Positions 9,980-19,852 of a DNA stretch of 64,000 nucleotides are shown in pieces (the stretch's first letter is position 1; every line of letters starts with the position of its first letter). The translations under genes were made by a program, and so were the position numbers. Origin of the DNA: Parcubacteria bacterium C7867-004 (GTDB lineage Bacteria > Patescibacteriota > Minisyncoccia > Phycocordibacterales > Phycocordibacteraceae); contig LFCN01000006.1 of NCBI GenBank assembly GCA_001189075.1, positions 386,041 to 450,040 on the forward strand, written 5' to 3'. The notes beneath the pieces are model-generated. The model was not told the origin of the DNA and made no database searches. It saw only the letters and a program-made list of their open reading frames with translations.

Positions 9980-10477
9980 ATGACCCTACAAAAGATCACC
10001 CCGAATCTCTGGTTCGCTGACCGGGCGGAAGAGGCTGCGAATTTCTACGCGTCCGTATTCAAGGACTCGAAAGTCGGTACGCCTACCCATTACGACAAGG
10101 CAAGCGCCGAAGTGTCCGGCATGAAGGAGGGAGAGGTGCTCACTGTGCCGTTTACGATAGCGGGCCAGGACTTCCTTGCCCTTAATGGAGGGCCGGTGTT
10201 CCATTTCACTGAAGCGGTTTCGTTCATAATCGACTGCAAGGATCAGGAGGAAGTGGACTACTTCTGGAATGCCCTAACGGCAGACGGCGGGCAAGAGAGC
10301 GTGTGTGGCTGGCTCAAGGATAAGTTCGGCCTTTCCTGGCAGGTCACACCTCGCGTCCTTACGGAGGCCATGATTGAATCTGCTGATTCCCCTACAAAGG
10401 AGCGGGTGATGAAAGCGATGCTCAAGATGAAGAAGATCGACGTCGCGGCTATCGAACGGGCGCGGGACGGAGAATAA
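9980..10477 (+). CDS. VOC/PhnB-family protein
   Basis: KITPNLWF, ALNGGP, CGWLKDKFGLSWQV. Confidence 0.88.
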   Translation: MTLQKITPNLWFADRAEEAANFYASVFKDSKVGTPTHYDKASAEVSGMKEGEVLTVPFTIAGQDFLALNGGPVFHFTEAVSFIIDCKDQEEVDYFWNALTADGGQESVCGWLKDKFGLSWQVTPRVLTEAMIESADSPTKERVMKAMLKMKKIDVAAIERARDGE

Positions 10478-10504
10478 TGTCCCGTTCGTGCTAGGGTGAG
10501 CGCA

Positions 10505-11074
10505 ATGGACATAACCTCAGCAGAGTTCGTGAAGGGTGTCGTCGGATCCGACGGCATCCTGTTCGACGGGGTACCACAGGTGGCTTTCATCGGCCGCTCG
10601 AATGTAGGGAAGTCCAGCGTGATCAATTCGCTCGTGAACCGCAACAAGTTGGTGAAGGTCGGGAAGAAGCCGGGAAAGACTACGGAGCTCAACTTCTTCT
10701 CGATAAACGAGCGGCAGGTGTATTTCGTTGATCTTCCGGGATACGGCTATGCGAAGCTCGGTCCTTCTCAGCGAGAAAGCATCGAGAAGCTCATCTCCTG
10801 GTATCTGCTCTATTCAGAGGTGAAGCCGAAGATGGTCGTGCTGATACTAGATATCAAGGCGGGTGTAACGGACTTCGATCAGCAGACGATAGCGATGCTC
10901 AAAGAGCAAGGCCACTCGTTCGTTATCGTTGCGAACAAGATCGACAAGCTGAATCAGAAGGAGCGGTCGTTGCGGATGAGCGAGATTCGGAAGGAAGCGG
11001 GCACGGAGGAGGTAATCGCATACTCAGCGAAAGACAAGAAAGGAGTCGAAGAGCTTCTCGCGGCGATTTCCTAG
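10505..11074 (+). CDS. engB: Ribosome biogenesis GTPase YsxC/YihA
   Basis: GRSNVGKSS, PGKT, DLPGYG, NKID. Confidence 0.95.
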   Translation: MDITSAEFVKGVVGSDGILFDGVPQVAFIGRSNVGKSSVINSLVNRNKLVKVGKKPGKTTELNFFSINERQVYFVDLPGYGYAKLGPSQRESIEKLISWYLLYSEVKPKMVVLILDIKAGVTDFDQQTIAMLKEQGHSFVIVANKIDKLNQKERSLRMSEIRKEAGTEEVIAYSAKDKKGVEELLAAIS

Positions 11075-11127
11075 AGAGACGGGTGCTAGAGCAAATTGCA
11101 AATTTGCGGTAATGTACTCCTATATAT

Positions 11128-12012
11128 ATGAGCTATCAGGTGCTGCTTTTCTATAAATACGTGACGATTAGTGACCCGGAAGCGCTCGCACAGCGCGTAC
11201 GGGAGCTTATCGCTACCCACGGGCTCAAGGGCCGCTGCATCATCGCTGAGGAGGGCATCAATGCCACGTTTGAGGGCGAGACTGAGGCTACGGAATCATT
11301 TGTTGCGGAATTCCTGCAGGATGCACGATTCAAGGACATGAAGGTGAAGCGTAGTGAGGGAGACGGGAAAGCCTTCGGGAAGGCGTACGTAAAAGTACGT
11401 GATGAGATCGTGGGTACGCACTTCGATAAGAAGATCGATCCGCGAGTACGTACGGCTCCGGCGATAACCCCTGAGGAACTTAAGAATTGGTATCAGGAAG
11501 AGAAGGACTTTGTCGTCATCGATATGCGCAACGACTACGAGTTCCAGTCAGGACACTTCAAGGGTTCGGTGAACCCAGGGCTTGGGAACTCGCGCGATCT
11601 GCCGGATGCTCTTCCTGCACTTGAGCAATACAAAGACAAGAAAGTCCTTACGGTCTGCACGGGCGGCATCCGTTGCGAAAAGATGTCGGCATTCCTGCTT
11701 GAGAACGGATTCAGCGATGTCTCGCAGCTCGAGAACGGCATGCACGGATACATGGAGAAGTATCCGGGAGAGGATTTCCTCGGGACGCTCTACACCTTCG
11801 ACAATCGCCTTACGATGGATTTCGGTGGGGAGCGTGAGATTGTTGGCCGGTGCAAGCTTTGTAACGAGAAGACCGAGACCTACGTGAACTGTGGCGATGA
11901 TTTCTGCCACCTGCATTTCCTCGTGTGCGATGCCTGCCAGAAGCCGGAAGGAGCGTTCTGCTCTCCTGCCTGCGAAGAAGCGGTGAAAGCTCGCGGATAT
12001 TCCCATGCCTAA
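11128..12012 (+). CDS. trhO: Rhodanese-domain tRNA U34 hydroxylase (UPF0176/YceA family)
   Basis: LLFYKY, EGINAT, DMRNDYE..GHF, CTGGIRCEK, Cys-rich C-terminus. Confidence 0.85.
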   Translation: MSYQVLLFYKYVTISDPEALAQRVRELIATHGLKGRCIIAEEGINATFEGETEATESFVAEFLQDARFKDMKVKRSEGDGKAFGKAYVKVRDEIVGTHFDKKIDPRVRTAPAITPEELKNWYQEEKDFVVIDMRNDYEFQSGHFKGSVNPGLGNSRDLPDALPALEQYKDKKVLTVCTGGIRCEKMSAFLLENGFSDVSQLENGMHGYMEKYPGEDFLGTLYTFDNRLTMDFGGEREIVGRCKLCNEKTETYVNCGDDFCHLHFLVCDACQKPEGAFCSPACEEAVKARGYSHA

Positions 12013-13252
12013 GTCCCAGAACGCGTACGACGTTATCGTCGTCGGGGGAGGGGCCGCGGGAATGATGGCAGCAGCAACTAGTGCTGAACGCGGGAAGCGC
12101 GTACTCCTGCTCGAGAAGAATGCGGAGCTCGGGAAGAAGCTGTCGATATCGGGCGGTGGGCGCTGCAATATAACGAACGCGGAAGATGATGTGAAAGTGC
12201 TCCTCTCTAAGTTCGGGAAGGCCGAGCCATTCTTGTATTCGGCATTCTCAGAGTTCGGGACGCAGGAGACTTTCGCATTCTTCGATCGCCTTGAGTTGCC
12301 GCTTGTCATCCAGAAGAATAAGCGCGCGTTCCCGAAGACCGAGCGCGCCACTGACGTGGTGCGAGTACTTGAAGAGTACCTTGTAGAGAAAGGGGTTGAT
12401 ATCCGTCTCGAACTACCGGTCCAGCGCGTGAACGCACATGACGGAAAGATACGGTCGGTGCAGACCCAAGGATTCGAGTTCACGGCCGATTCGTACATCT
12501 TTGCTACCGGAGGAGTCTCGCATCCGGAAACGGGCTCGACCGGCGACGGCTTCAACTGGCTGCGGGATCTCGGGCATACGGTAGAAGAACCAACTCCGAC
12601 AATCGTTCCTCTAGCGGCTTCCGACAAATGGATCCCGAAACTCAAAGGGAAGACGCTTGAGGATGCGAAGATAACCTTCTTTCAGGATGGAGTACGGAAG
12701 TTCTCACAGAAAGGGAATATTCTGCTTACGCACTTCGGACTTTCAGGCCCCACTATTCTGAATCTCGCAGGGAGAGTACGCGAGCTTCTATACGGAGGAG
12801 AAGTTACTGCAGCGATCGATCTGTTCCCGAGTCTTGATCTGGGCATCCTCGACGCTAAGATCGTCGAACTGTTCGAAGCGAATAAGAACAAGCTCGTGAG
12901 AAACACGCTTCCGGAAATGCTTCCCAATGGCACGACAGATGTACTGCTCTCGCTTGTGCCGAGTCTCGATCCCGATACCAAGGTGCATAGCGTAACGAAG
13001 GAGCAACGTCGCGCGCTCATTGATCTACTGAAAGCACTTCCCGTCTCGATAGATGGACTCATGGGCTATGACCGAGCGGTGGTAGCTGATGGCGGTGTTC
13101 CGCTCGCTGAAGTCGATATGCGCACCATGCGATCGAACAAGGTGGAGAATTTGTTCATCATCGGCGATTTGCTCCATATCAGCCGACCCTCAGGCGGGTA
13201 CTCCCTCCAGCTTTGCTGGACGACGGGGTTCGTTGCGGGAGTGAACACATAG
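12005..13252 (+). CDS. HI0933/YhiN-family flavoprotein
   Basis: GGGAAGMMAA, KLSISGGGRCNITN, ATGG..HPETGSTGDG, THFGLSGP, GGYSLQ. Confidence 0.92.
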   Translation: MPKSQNAYDVIVVGGGAAGMMAAATSAERGKRVLLLEKNAELGKKLSISGGGRCNITNAEDDVKVLLSKFGKAEPFLYSAFSEFGTQETFAFFDRLELPLVIQKNKRAFPKTERATDVVRVLEEYLVEKGVDIRLELPVQRVNAHDGKIRSVQTQGFEFTADSYIFATGGVSHPETGSTGDGFNWLRDLGHTVEEPTPTIVPLAASDKWIPKLKGKTLEDAKITFFQDGVRKFSQKGNILLTHFGLSGPTILNLAGRVRELLYGGEVTAAIDLFPSLDLGILDAKIVELFEANKNKLVRNTLPEMLPNGTTDVLLSLVPSLDPDTKVHSVTKEQRRALIDLLKALPVSIDGLMGYDRAVVADGGVPLAEVDMRTMRSNKVENLFIIGDLLHISRPSGGYSLQLCWTTGFVAGVNT

Positions 13253-13287
13253 CGCTACTGCTCTAAATATCGTATAATACCGAAAAC

Positions 13288-14793
13288 GTGGCGCTTAAAC
13301 AGAATACAGAACAAGGAGGACCTCCCCGCGAGGCCCTCGTCCGCTTCGAGAACGTGTCATTCGGATACGGTCACAATCACCCTATTCTGAACGAGGTGGA
13401 TTTCTCGCTGCGTCGCGGAATGAAGGTAACGCTCATGGGCCAGAACGGCGCAGGCAAGTCGACCCTCTTCAGCCTCATCACCGGTGCGCAGAAGACCGAG
13501 GACGGGAAGATTCAGATACCGCGCGGGCTTACTATCGCGCAGTCCTACCAAGTCATCGCCCAGGACGAGCGCGAGCTTACCGTCCGCGCCTTCTTCGAGA
13601 AGCGCTTTACGGATAAGGTCTATGACATCGACCCGAAGATCGCTTCGGTGCTTGAGGTGGTGAATCTTCCGGTAGGTCCTGATCAAGCAAAGTTCCTCGA
13701 GCGTATCATCAAGACGTTCTCTGGCGGACAGCAGGCGCGCCTCCTGCTCGCATCAGCACTCATCCAGGAGCCAGACCTGCTCCTGCTCGACGAGCCGACC
13801 AATAACCTCGATACCGCCGGTATCGAGCATCTTACGAAATTTCTTCAAGGCTACGAAAAGAGCGTGATGGTTATCTCTCATGATGCCGAGTTCTTGAACT
13901 CCTTCACTGAAGGCGTCTTGTACCTCGACGTGCACACGCACAAGATCGAGCAGTATATCGGCAACTACTACGACCTTCTCAAGGAGATCCAGGCTCGCAT
14001 CGAGCGCGAGAACCGCAAGAACGCGCAGCTCGAGAAGAAGATTCAGGACAATAAGGACAAGGCGAACTTCTTCGCGCAGAAGGGAGGCAAGATGCGCGTG
14101 GTTGCGAAGAAGATGCGTGACGAAGTGGAGGAGATGGAGGAGGCGAAGGTTGATGTCCGCAAGGAGGACAAGACCATCCGCCAGTTCGTGATTCCCGCGC
14201 AGCCGGAGATAAACGGCGAGCTCCTTACGATCACCTCGTTCTCAACGATGGATCCTAAGACCCATAAACCAAAGACGAACAAGGCGAACATCGCGCTTAA
14301 GAAGAAGCAGCACCTCCAGCTCAAGGGTCCGAACGGTATCGGAAAGACAACGCTCCTCGAATCCCTCGCGTCGGGAACCGCAGAAGGCGCACAGATCGCA
14401 AAAGGCGTCCGTGTCGGGTACTACCGACAGGACTTCTCGACCCTCGATTTTGAGCGCACAGTGCACGAAGAGTTACTCGCAGCAATGGACAAACCGGAAG
14501 AGGAGCAGATGCGCAAGATCGCGTCCGGGTTCCTCATAATGAATGAGACGATGGGAAAGAAGATCGGTTCGCTCTCCGAAGGTCAGAAAGGTCTCGTCGC
14601 ATTCGCGCGCCTCGTGCTCCTGCGTCCGGGACTCCTCATCCTCGACGAGCCGACCAACCACATCAACTTCCGTCACCTGCCGGTTATTGCCAAAGCACTC
14701 GACCAGTACGAAGGCGCTATGGTGCTCGTCTCCCACGTGCCTGAGTTCGTTGCGCAGATCAGGATCGACGACGTCCTTAATCTGGATAAATAA
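13288..14793 (+). CDS. ABC-F family ATP-binding protein
   Basis: Two ABC domains (GQNGAGKST/FSGGQ/LLDEPTN; GPNGIGKT/LSEGQ/ILDEPTNH), helical linker, no TM. Confidence 0.92.
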   Translation: MALKQNTEQGGPPREALVRFENVSFGYGHNHPILNEVDFSLRRGMKVTLMGQNGAGKSTLFSLITGAQKTEDGKIQIPRGLTIAQSYQVIAQDERELTVRAFFEKRFTDKVYDIDPKIASVLEVVNLPVGPDQAKFLERIIKTFSGGQQARLLLASALIQEPDLLLLDEPTNNLDTAGIEHLTKFLQGYEKSVMVISHDAEFLNSFTEGVLYLDVHTHKIEQYIGNYYDLLKEIQARIERENRKNAQLEKKIQDNKDKANFFAQKGGKMRVVAKKMRDEVEEMEEAKVDVRKEDKTIRQFVIPAQPEINGELLTITSFSTMDPKTHKPKTNKANIALKKKQHLQLKGPNGIGKTTLLESLASGTAEGAQIAKGVRVGYYRQDFSTLDFERTVHEELLAAMDKPEEEQMRKIASGFLIMNETMGKKIGSLSEGQKGLVAFARLVLLRPGLLILDEPTNHINFRHLPVIAKALDQYEGAMVLVSHVPEFVAQIRIDDVLNLDK

Positions 14794-14812
14794 ATTCAGG
14801 TACACTTACCTG

Positions 14813-15061
14813 ATGGAGAAGCCCTGGTTCGTCTACTTGCTCGAGTGCGTTGACGGGACGCTGTATACGGGTGTGACGACGGATCTTGAGAGGCGAGTTG
14901 AGGAGCACAATTCTTCTATCAAAGGCGCAAAATATACGAAGGTCCGTCGCCCGGTAGTGCTTCGCTACTCGGAGTCATTTGAGAGCCGTAGCGAGGCGCA
15001 GAAGCGCGAATACGAGCTTAAGTCGCTGGATAGGGCAGAGAAACTAAGGCTTTTCTCGTAG
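14813..15061 (+). CDS. GIY-YIG nuclease family protein (UPF0213)
   Basis: WFVYLLEC.DGTLYTG.TTDLERRVEEHN..KGAKYT. Confidence 0.9.
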   Translation: MEKPWFVYLLECVDGTLYTGVTTDLERRVEEHNSSIKGAKYTKVRRPVVLRYSESFESRSEAQKREYELKSLDRAEKLRLFS

Positions 15062-15133
15062 GTCGCGCACTCTCCACCGTTGCGGTCTTCATGAAAGGAG
15101 TACAATAAGGGAGTTACTTAATTAGTTATCTCT

Positions 15134-15565
15134 ATGAGGAATATCCTTATGTGCAATTGTGCGTCTCGGGCTGCGGACCTCGCTCCCTTCCTGCTTCGCG
15201 TCGTAGTCGGCGTCATCTTCGCCGTCCATGGTTATCAGAAGCTCATGATGGGCGTGCCGGGTGTCAGCGGTTTCCTCGGAAGTCTCGGATTCCCGGTTCC
15301 GGACGTCTTCGCGGTACTTCTTATCGCTGCTGAGCTCGTCGGCGGCATCCTGCTCATCCTCGGTCTCTTCACGCACTGGGCTGCGAAGATCCTCGCCTTC
15401 GTCGCTATCGTGGCTCTCGTAACAGTGCACCTGAAGAATGGCTTCTCGCTTGCAACTGGCGGATACGAGTACATCCTGCTCATCTTCGTTGCTTCCGTGT
15501 CGCTCATGATTACGGGACCAGGCAAGTGGTCGCTCGACAGCATGATGAAGAAGCACGCTCAGTAG
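15134..15565 (+). CDS. DoxX family membrane protein
   Basis: LLRVVVG.IF..HG.QKL, AELVGG..LILGLFT, GPGKWSLD. Confidence 0.9.
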   Translation: MRNILMCNCASRAADLAPFLLRVVVGVIFAVHGYQKLMMGVPGVSGFLGSLGFPVPDVFAVLLIAAELVGGILLILGLFTHWAAKILAFVAIVALVTVHLKNGFSLATGGYEYILLIFVASVSLMITGPGKWSLDSMMKKHAQ

Positions 15566-15582
15566 AAATTGCTTCTGTGAGA

Positions 15583-15617
15583 CACGAAGAACGGCTCCTT
15601 AGGGGCCGTTCTTCGTG
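15583..15617 (+). terminator. Long hairpin after doxX
   Basis: CACGAAGAACGGCTCC-TTA-GGGGCCGTTCTTCGTG; no strong U-tract. Confidence 0.65.
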
Positions 15618-15657
15618 CATGCTTCATTCGCCTACGGTACTATCGAGCGATACTCAT

Positions 15658-16293
15658 ATGAAAGCAGCCTATGTTCTCATCAGTCTTGCAGCAATCGCGC
15701 TCATCGGAGGAGGTGTGTGGTTCTTCACGCGCTCTGAGAAAGTCGCGACGTGCGCCGAGCTTTCTATGAAGCCGGTTGTGGTTGCATTCGGAGACAGTCT
15801 GGTCGAAGGATACGGCGCGGGAAGCGGCGAGGATTTCGTCTCGGTCCTCTCAAGAGATACCGGCATCCCTATCCAGAATCTGGGGCGTAGTGGCGATACT
15901 ACCGCGACGGGACTGAAGAGAGTCAAAGACGTCGTCGCTCTTAAACCGGATATCGTCATCGTGCTTCTGGGTGGGAATGATGCGCTCCAGCGCATAAATG
16001 TCGCTGAGACCGAGCAGAATCTTACGGAGATACTCCGCACGATCAAGAATTCAGGCGCAACGCCGATACTCGTCGGCGTTATCGGCGGATTCCCAAGCGA
16101 TCCGTTCGCGCCCGTGTTCAAGCGTATAGCCGAGGGCGAGCGCGTTGTCCTCATTCCGAACATCCTCTCAGGACTTATCACGAACAAGTCGCTCATGAGC
16201 GATGCAATCCATCCGAATGCAGCAGGGTATACGAAAGTAGCTGAACGCATACGGCCGGAGCTTGATAAGGCGTGTACTGACTTTGGCGGGTAA
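15658..16293 (+). CDS. SGNH/GDSL arylesterase (TesA-like)
   Basis: FGDSL, GRSGDTT, LGGND, DAIHPN; N-terminal anchor. Confidence 0.9.
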   Translation: MKAAYVLISLAAIALIGGGVWFFTRSEKVATCAELSMKPVVVAFGDSLVEGYGAGSGEDFVSVLSRDTGIPIQNLGRSGDTTATGLKRVKDVVALKPDIVIVLLGGNDALQRINVAETEQNLTEILRTIKNSGATPILVGVIGGFPSDPFAPVFKRIAEGERVVLIPNILSGLITNKSLMSDAIHPNAAGYTKVAERIRPELDKACTDFGG

Positions 16294-16397
16294 GGTGAAT
16301 GCTTCATGTGCGGGACATTCTCGTAAGTACAGTCTCGGAGTATCGTCTACTCTACTAGCTGTCCTTCCATAATCCGGACAGGAACTAATCTCTGATA

Positions 16398-17099
16398 ATG
16401 AGTACCTTCAAACACGCATTCCGTAGAGTTGCGCTCCTCGCACTCGCAGTAAGTATTCTGTTGCCCGTCCATGCAGAGGCTGCTACCTGGCAAGACTACG
16501 TACGCTCCTATTCGCGTAACCGGAGTGATGAAAGTACGGAAGTTCGACAGACCTCTTCTCGAGAACGGTATTCGAGCAGCATCCAGCGCGCGGTTAACAA
16601 GCTCGATGACGATAAGGTGGAGGATCTCCCGATCCCCGTGATGCTCGGCGTGTCGGTCCCGCAGCTCTCTAAGAACTTCGGGGATCCGCGAGACGGCGGT
16701 GCCCGCACGCATGAAGGACTCGACATTCTGGCTCCGCGCGGAGCATTCGTCGCATCTCCGACTGAGGCGGTCGTGGTGAAGGTGGGTACCGGATCAAGCG
16801 CGGGGAAGTACGTCACTACCGCGAATCCGGGCAAAGAGACCTTTACCTACATGCACCTTGATGACTTCGCAGACGGTATCAAGGCCGGCGTCAAGCTCGC
16901 GCCGGGCGACCTCATCGGATACGTCGGCGATACCGGAAACGCTAAAGGCGGGGTGACGCACCTTCATTTCGAGATACGGAAGAACCGGAAGGCCATGGAT
17001 CCGTACCCGAGGCTTACTCGAGAGTTCACGACCCAGCAGCGCATCGATCTGCTAACGGAAGTGCTCAAAGACCTGCAGGCGGAACTTAAGCGGAAGTAG
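16398..17099 (+). CDS. M23 family metallopeptidase, secreted
   Basis: HEGLD, YMHL, GDLIGYVGDTGNA, HLHFEI; signal peptide. Confidence 0.92.
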   Translation: MSTFKHAFRRVALLALAVSILLPVHAEAATWQDYVRSYSRNRSDESTEVRQTSSRERYSSSIQRAVNKLDDDKVEDLPIPVMLGVSVPQLSKNFGDPRDGGARTHEGLDILAPRGAFVASPTEAVVVKVGTGSSAGKYVTTANPGKETFTYMHLDDFADGIKAGVKLAPGDLIGYVGDTGNAKGGVTHLHFEIRKNRKAMDPYPRLTREFTTQQRIDLLTEVLKDLQAELKRK

Positions 17100-17562
17100 C
17101 GTCGGGCTTTACGCGAGGACGCGTATCATACGCATTCCAGATACCCCGCTCGTGCTCGATGATAACGAGATCAACCGGCTCATCGTGTGGCTGACGAAGG
17201 AGCGCGTCGGCTGAGAAATTCCTGGCTCGCGTGACGCCGATGCGAAGCCAATCGCTCGGAACCTTTGAGAGGAAGCGATCGTACCACCCGCCGCCACGTC
17301 CATGCCGTGTTCCTTGGGTATCAAATGCGGTTCCGGGAATGAGCAGCACTACGCGTTTGCCTGAATATGCTCCTGAGAGCGAATCGGCTATCGCGTACGG
17401 GTCGACGATACCGGCCACCGGAAGCTTCTGTGCACTCGCGCGCAGATGTTCGGGTAGCGGCGCAGTCTTCCATTCCGGTTCACCGGTTATAGGTGCGTAC
17501 GCGATGCACGCATCATAAGACGCAAGGAGTGCTTCGAGAGTTTCTGGTTCTATCGCGGTCAT
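17086..17562 (-). CDS. 5-formyltetrahydrofolate cyclo-ligase family protein
   Basis: LIPGTAFD..G.RHGRGGGWYDRFL, QPHDEPVD. Confidence 0.85.
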   Translation of the reverse strand: MTAIEPETLEALLASYDACIAYAPITGEPEWKTAPLPEHLRASAQKLPVAGIVDPYAIADSLSGAYSGKRVVLLIPGTAFDTQGTRHGRGGGWYDRFLSKVPSDWLRIGVTRARNFSADALLRQPHDEPVDLVIIEHERGIWNAYDTRPRVKPDATSA

Positions 17563-17569
17563 GGATTGA

Positions 17570-18574
17570 TTATATGCGTTCCATAAGGCTTAAGGCCTTC
17601 CGGTACAGGTTCTCGACGATCTTTTCTTGCGCAGGGCCGTGGCTCACATAATGCGCGAGACCCGGCGAGGAGTTCACCTCGAGCACTACATACGTGCCCG
17701 GTGCTTCCGTTATCGATCCTTCAACCATCATGTCTACGCCACAGAGTTTGAGGCCCATCTCGCGGCTTATAGATACCGCAAGCCTCTTGAAGGCAGGATG
17801 AATAGTTTTAGTTACATCTTCTAGGTCGCCGCCGGACGAAAGGTTAGCGTTGTCACGAAGAAACACTCGTTCGTCCTTGGCAATCACGGAATCAAGCGTA
17901 AGACCGGCTCGCTTGAGTTTCTGGAGGATTGCGGGATCGCGTGCGTCGAGCGATACCTTCCGGCCGGAACGAACGAGTGTTCGCTTCTTTCGATCGATAA
18001 GGATACGCAGAGCGCTCTTCCCGTCTCCGGTAACGGAAACGGGTATGCGTTCATACGCACACATAACCTCTGTATCAAGCACCACGATCCGGTAATCTCT
18101 TCCTGAGACATACTTCTGAACGAGTGCGATGCGATCACGATTAAATACCGCTCGTAGTGCTTTGTTGAGTTCGCTCTTCATGTAAACCAGACGGACATCT
18201 ACTCCTTGGCTCCCGGAGTTGGGCTTTACGATAACGGGGAAGCCGAGTGTTTGTGCATAGTGGTAGGGAGCCTCCAGATCGTAGGGCATCTCAACCATCG
18301 CCGAGAGCTCCTTCGAGTAGAAGGCTTTCCCGGGCACAGTCGGGTATCCTGCTTTAGCGAGGAATAGATTCGCGTAGTCCTTGTCCTTCGCAATCTCGGA
18401 CGCGCCGAGCGTATTGAGGTCGAGGCTGTTGTACTTGAAATAGCCCTTCTTCCCGTTCTTGAAGGCAATCTGTCCGACGATGCCCCAGACAGGTTCGATT
18501 GATACCGTCGCGCCGATTGAGGGCGCGATTTTAGTGAGGAGCGGGCCCAAATATGGCTTTGAGGGCTTCTTCAT
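17570..18574 (-). CDS. ATP-grasp ligase resembling the cyanophycin synthetase/GshAB ATP-grasp module
   Basis: AKDK, FPVIVKP..GSQG, GRDYR, ANLSSGG, CGVD, LEVNSSPG. Confidence 0.82.
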   Translation of the reverse strand: MKKPSKPYLGPLLTKIAPSIGATVSIEPVWGIVGQIAFKNGKKGYFKYNSLDLNTLGASEIAKDKDYANLFLAKAGYPTVPGKAFYSKELSAMVEMPYDLEAPYHYAQTLGFPVIVKPNSGSQGVDVRLVYMKSELNKALRAVFNRDRIALVQKYVSGRDYRIVVLDTEVMCAYERIPVSVTGDGKSALRILIDRKKRTLVRSGRKVSLDARDPAILQKLKRAGLTLDSVIAKDERVFLRDNANLSSGGDLEDVTKTIHPAFKRLAVSISREMGLKLCGVDMMVEGSITEAPGTYVVLEVNSSPGLAHYVSHGPAQEKIVENLYRKALSLMERI

Positions 18575-18620
18575 ACGTGTGTCTATGCATAGTATAGGAA
18601 CGCTATATACTTTCCATGAT

Positions 18621-18932
18621 ATGGCTTCAGCCTTCACCGAGAAGATCTATGAGCTAACCCGGAAGATCCCGAAGGGCAAGGTAGCGACCTATGGCCAGCT
18701 AGCGGCGCTTGCGGGCAACGCAAAAGCAGCGCGCGCAGTTGGTATGGCAATGCGCACCAATCCGGACATACCGGCGACCCCTTGTCACCGGGTTGTGGCG
18801 TCCGACGGTTCGCTTACCGGCTACAGCGCGGGATACGGCATCCCCTCGAAGAAGAAGATGCTCATCGCTGAGGGAGTTGCGTTCAAGGGCGAGAAAGCGG
18901 ACTTGTCGCTTTCTCAGTGGAAGGGGAAGTAA
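18621..18932 (+). CDS. MGMT/Ogt-family DNA alkyltransferase (C-terminal domain only)
   Basis: IPKGKVATYGQLA, ARAVG, PCHRVV active-site motif. Confidence 0.9.
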   Translation: MASAFTEKIYELTRKIPKGKVATYGQLAALAGNAKAARAVGMAMRTNPDIPATPCHRVVASDGSLTGYSAGYGIPSKKKMLIAEGVAFKGEKADLSLSQWKGK

Positions 18933-19808
18933 TTATCCCGCGAGGCCGAGCGAGGTAAGGAAGATCGCAAGTTCTTTCCCTTCGATGACGCGGTAGCCGC
19001 CGTCTTTGATGGGTCCCATCTTCACGTTCATGATGCTGAGGCGCTTCAGATCCGCGACTTCATTGAAGAGTGCTACCACCATGCGTCGTACTTGGTGCGT
19101 CTTTCCTTCGGTTAGCGTCACGCGGAAGCGGTTCTCATCAAGCACCTCGACTTTCGCCGGGCGGGTCACATACCCCTCGATGTTTACGCCCTCTTCCATC
19201 TTCTCCTTGAAGGAAGCGCGCAGCGGCTGCTTCGTGCGCACCTCGTACACTTTCTCGTGCTCGTATTTCGGATTCAGGAGACGATCGGTTACGCGGCCGT
19301 CGTTCGTGAGGATGATGAGGCCGTGCGAGTTCTTATCAAGCCTGCCAACCGGAAAGAGCGAGAGGCGCTTCAGATCGCTTGGGAGGGAATCGAGGACGTT
19401 CATGGTGCCGGTGTCTTCTTGGTGCGTATCGACGCCGGCCGGCTTGTTGAAGGCGATGTAGGCATACGCCTTTGGGCGCACGTTCCCTCGCACTTCGACA
19501 ACGTCAGACTCGGATACTTTGTCGCCGAGAGAAGCAACCCGCTCGTTTATATATACTTTCTTCTTTTCGACGAGGTCGTCTGCATCACGACGCGTTGCAT
19601 GGCCCTTGAGCGCTAGGTACTTATTGATGCGCATCGGGTAGGTCGGGACAGCGTCGGCATTCTCAGTTACTCGTGCGCGTGGCTTAACAATTTTACGCTT
19701 AGGCTTTGCGGCTGGACGAGCTGCCGCTGCTGCGCGGCGTTCAGGGCGCTTCGATCCTGCGCGCTTTATGGGCCCGCGCTTTGCACCTGGTCCGGTTGGC
19801 TTTCTCAT
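18933..19808 (-). CDS. RsuA/RluB/RluF-family rRNA pseudouridine synthase
   Basis: S4 domain (RINKYLA..G.ATRR), FNKPAG, PVGRLDK..GLIILTNDG, EGKTHQVRRM. Confidence 0.92.
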   Translation of the reverse strand: MRKPTGPGAKRGPIKRAGSKRPERRAAAAARPAAKPKRKIVKPRARVTENADAVPTYPMRINKYLALKGHATRRDADDLVEKKKVYINERVASLGDKVSESDVVEVRGNVRPKAYAYIAFNKPAGVDTHQEDTGTMNVLDSLPSDLKRLSLFPVGRLDKNSHGLIILTNDGRVTDRLLNPKYEHEKVYEVRTKQPLRASFKEKMEEGVNIEGYVTRPAKVEVLDENRFRVTLTEGKTHQVRRMVVALFNEVADLKRLSIMNVKMGPIKDGGYRVIEGKELAIFLTSLGLAG

Positions 19809-19852
19809 ACGGTCACAGTAGCGCATCCGGCTTGATTGGTATACTTGCCGGC

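Noticed and set aside
16294-16397. Riboswitch upstream of the M23 peptidase
   Set aside because: Only one short hairpin (CTGTCC/GGACAG); no recognisable aptamer consensus.
17570-18574. True cyanophycin synthetase CphA
   Set aside because: Far too short; lacks the N-domain and Mur-like domain.
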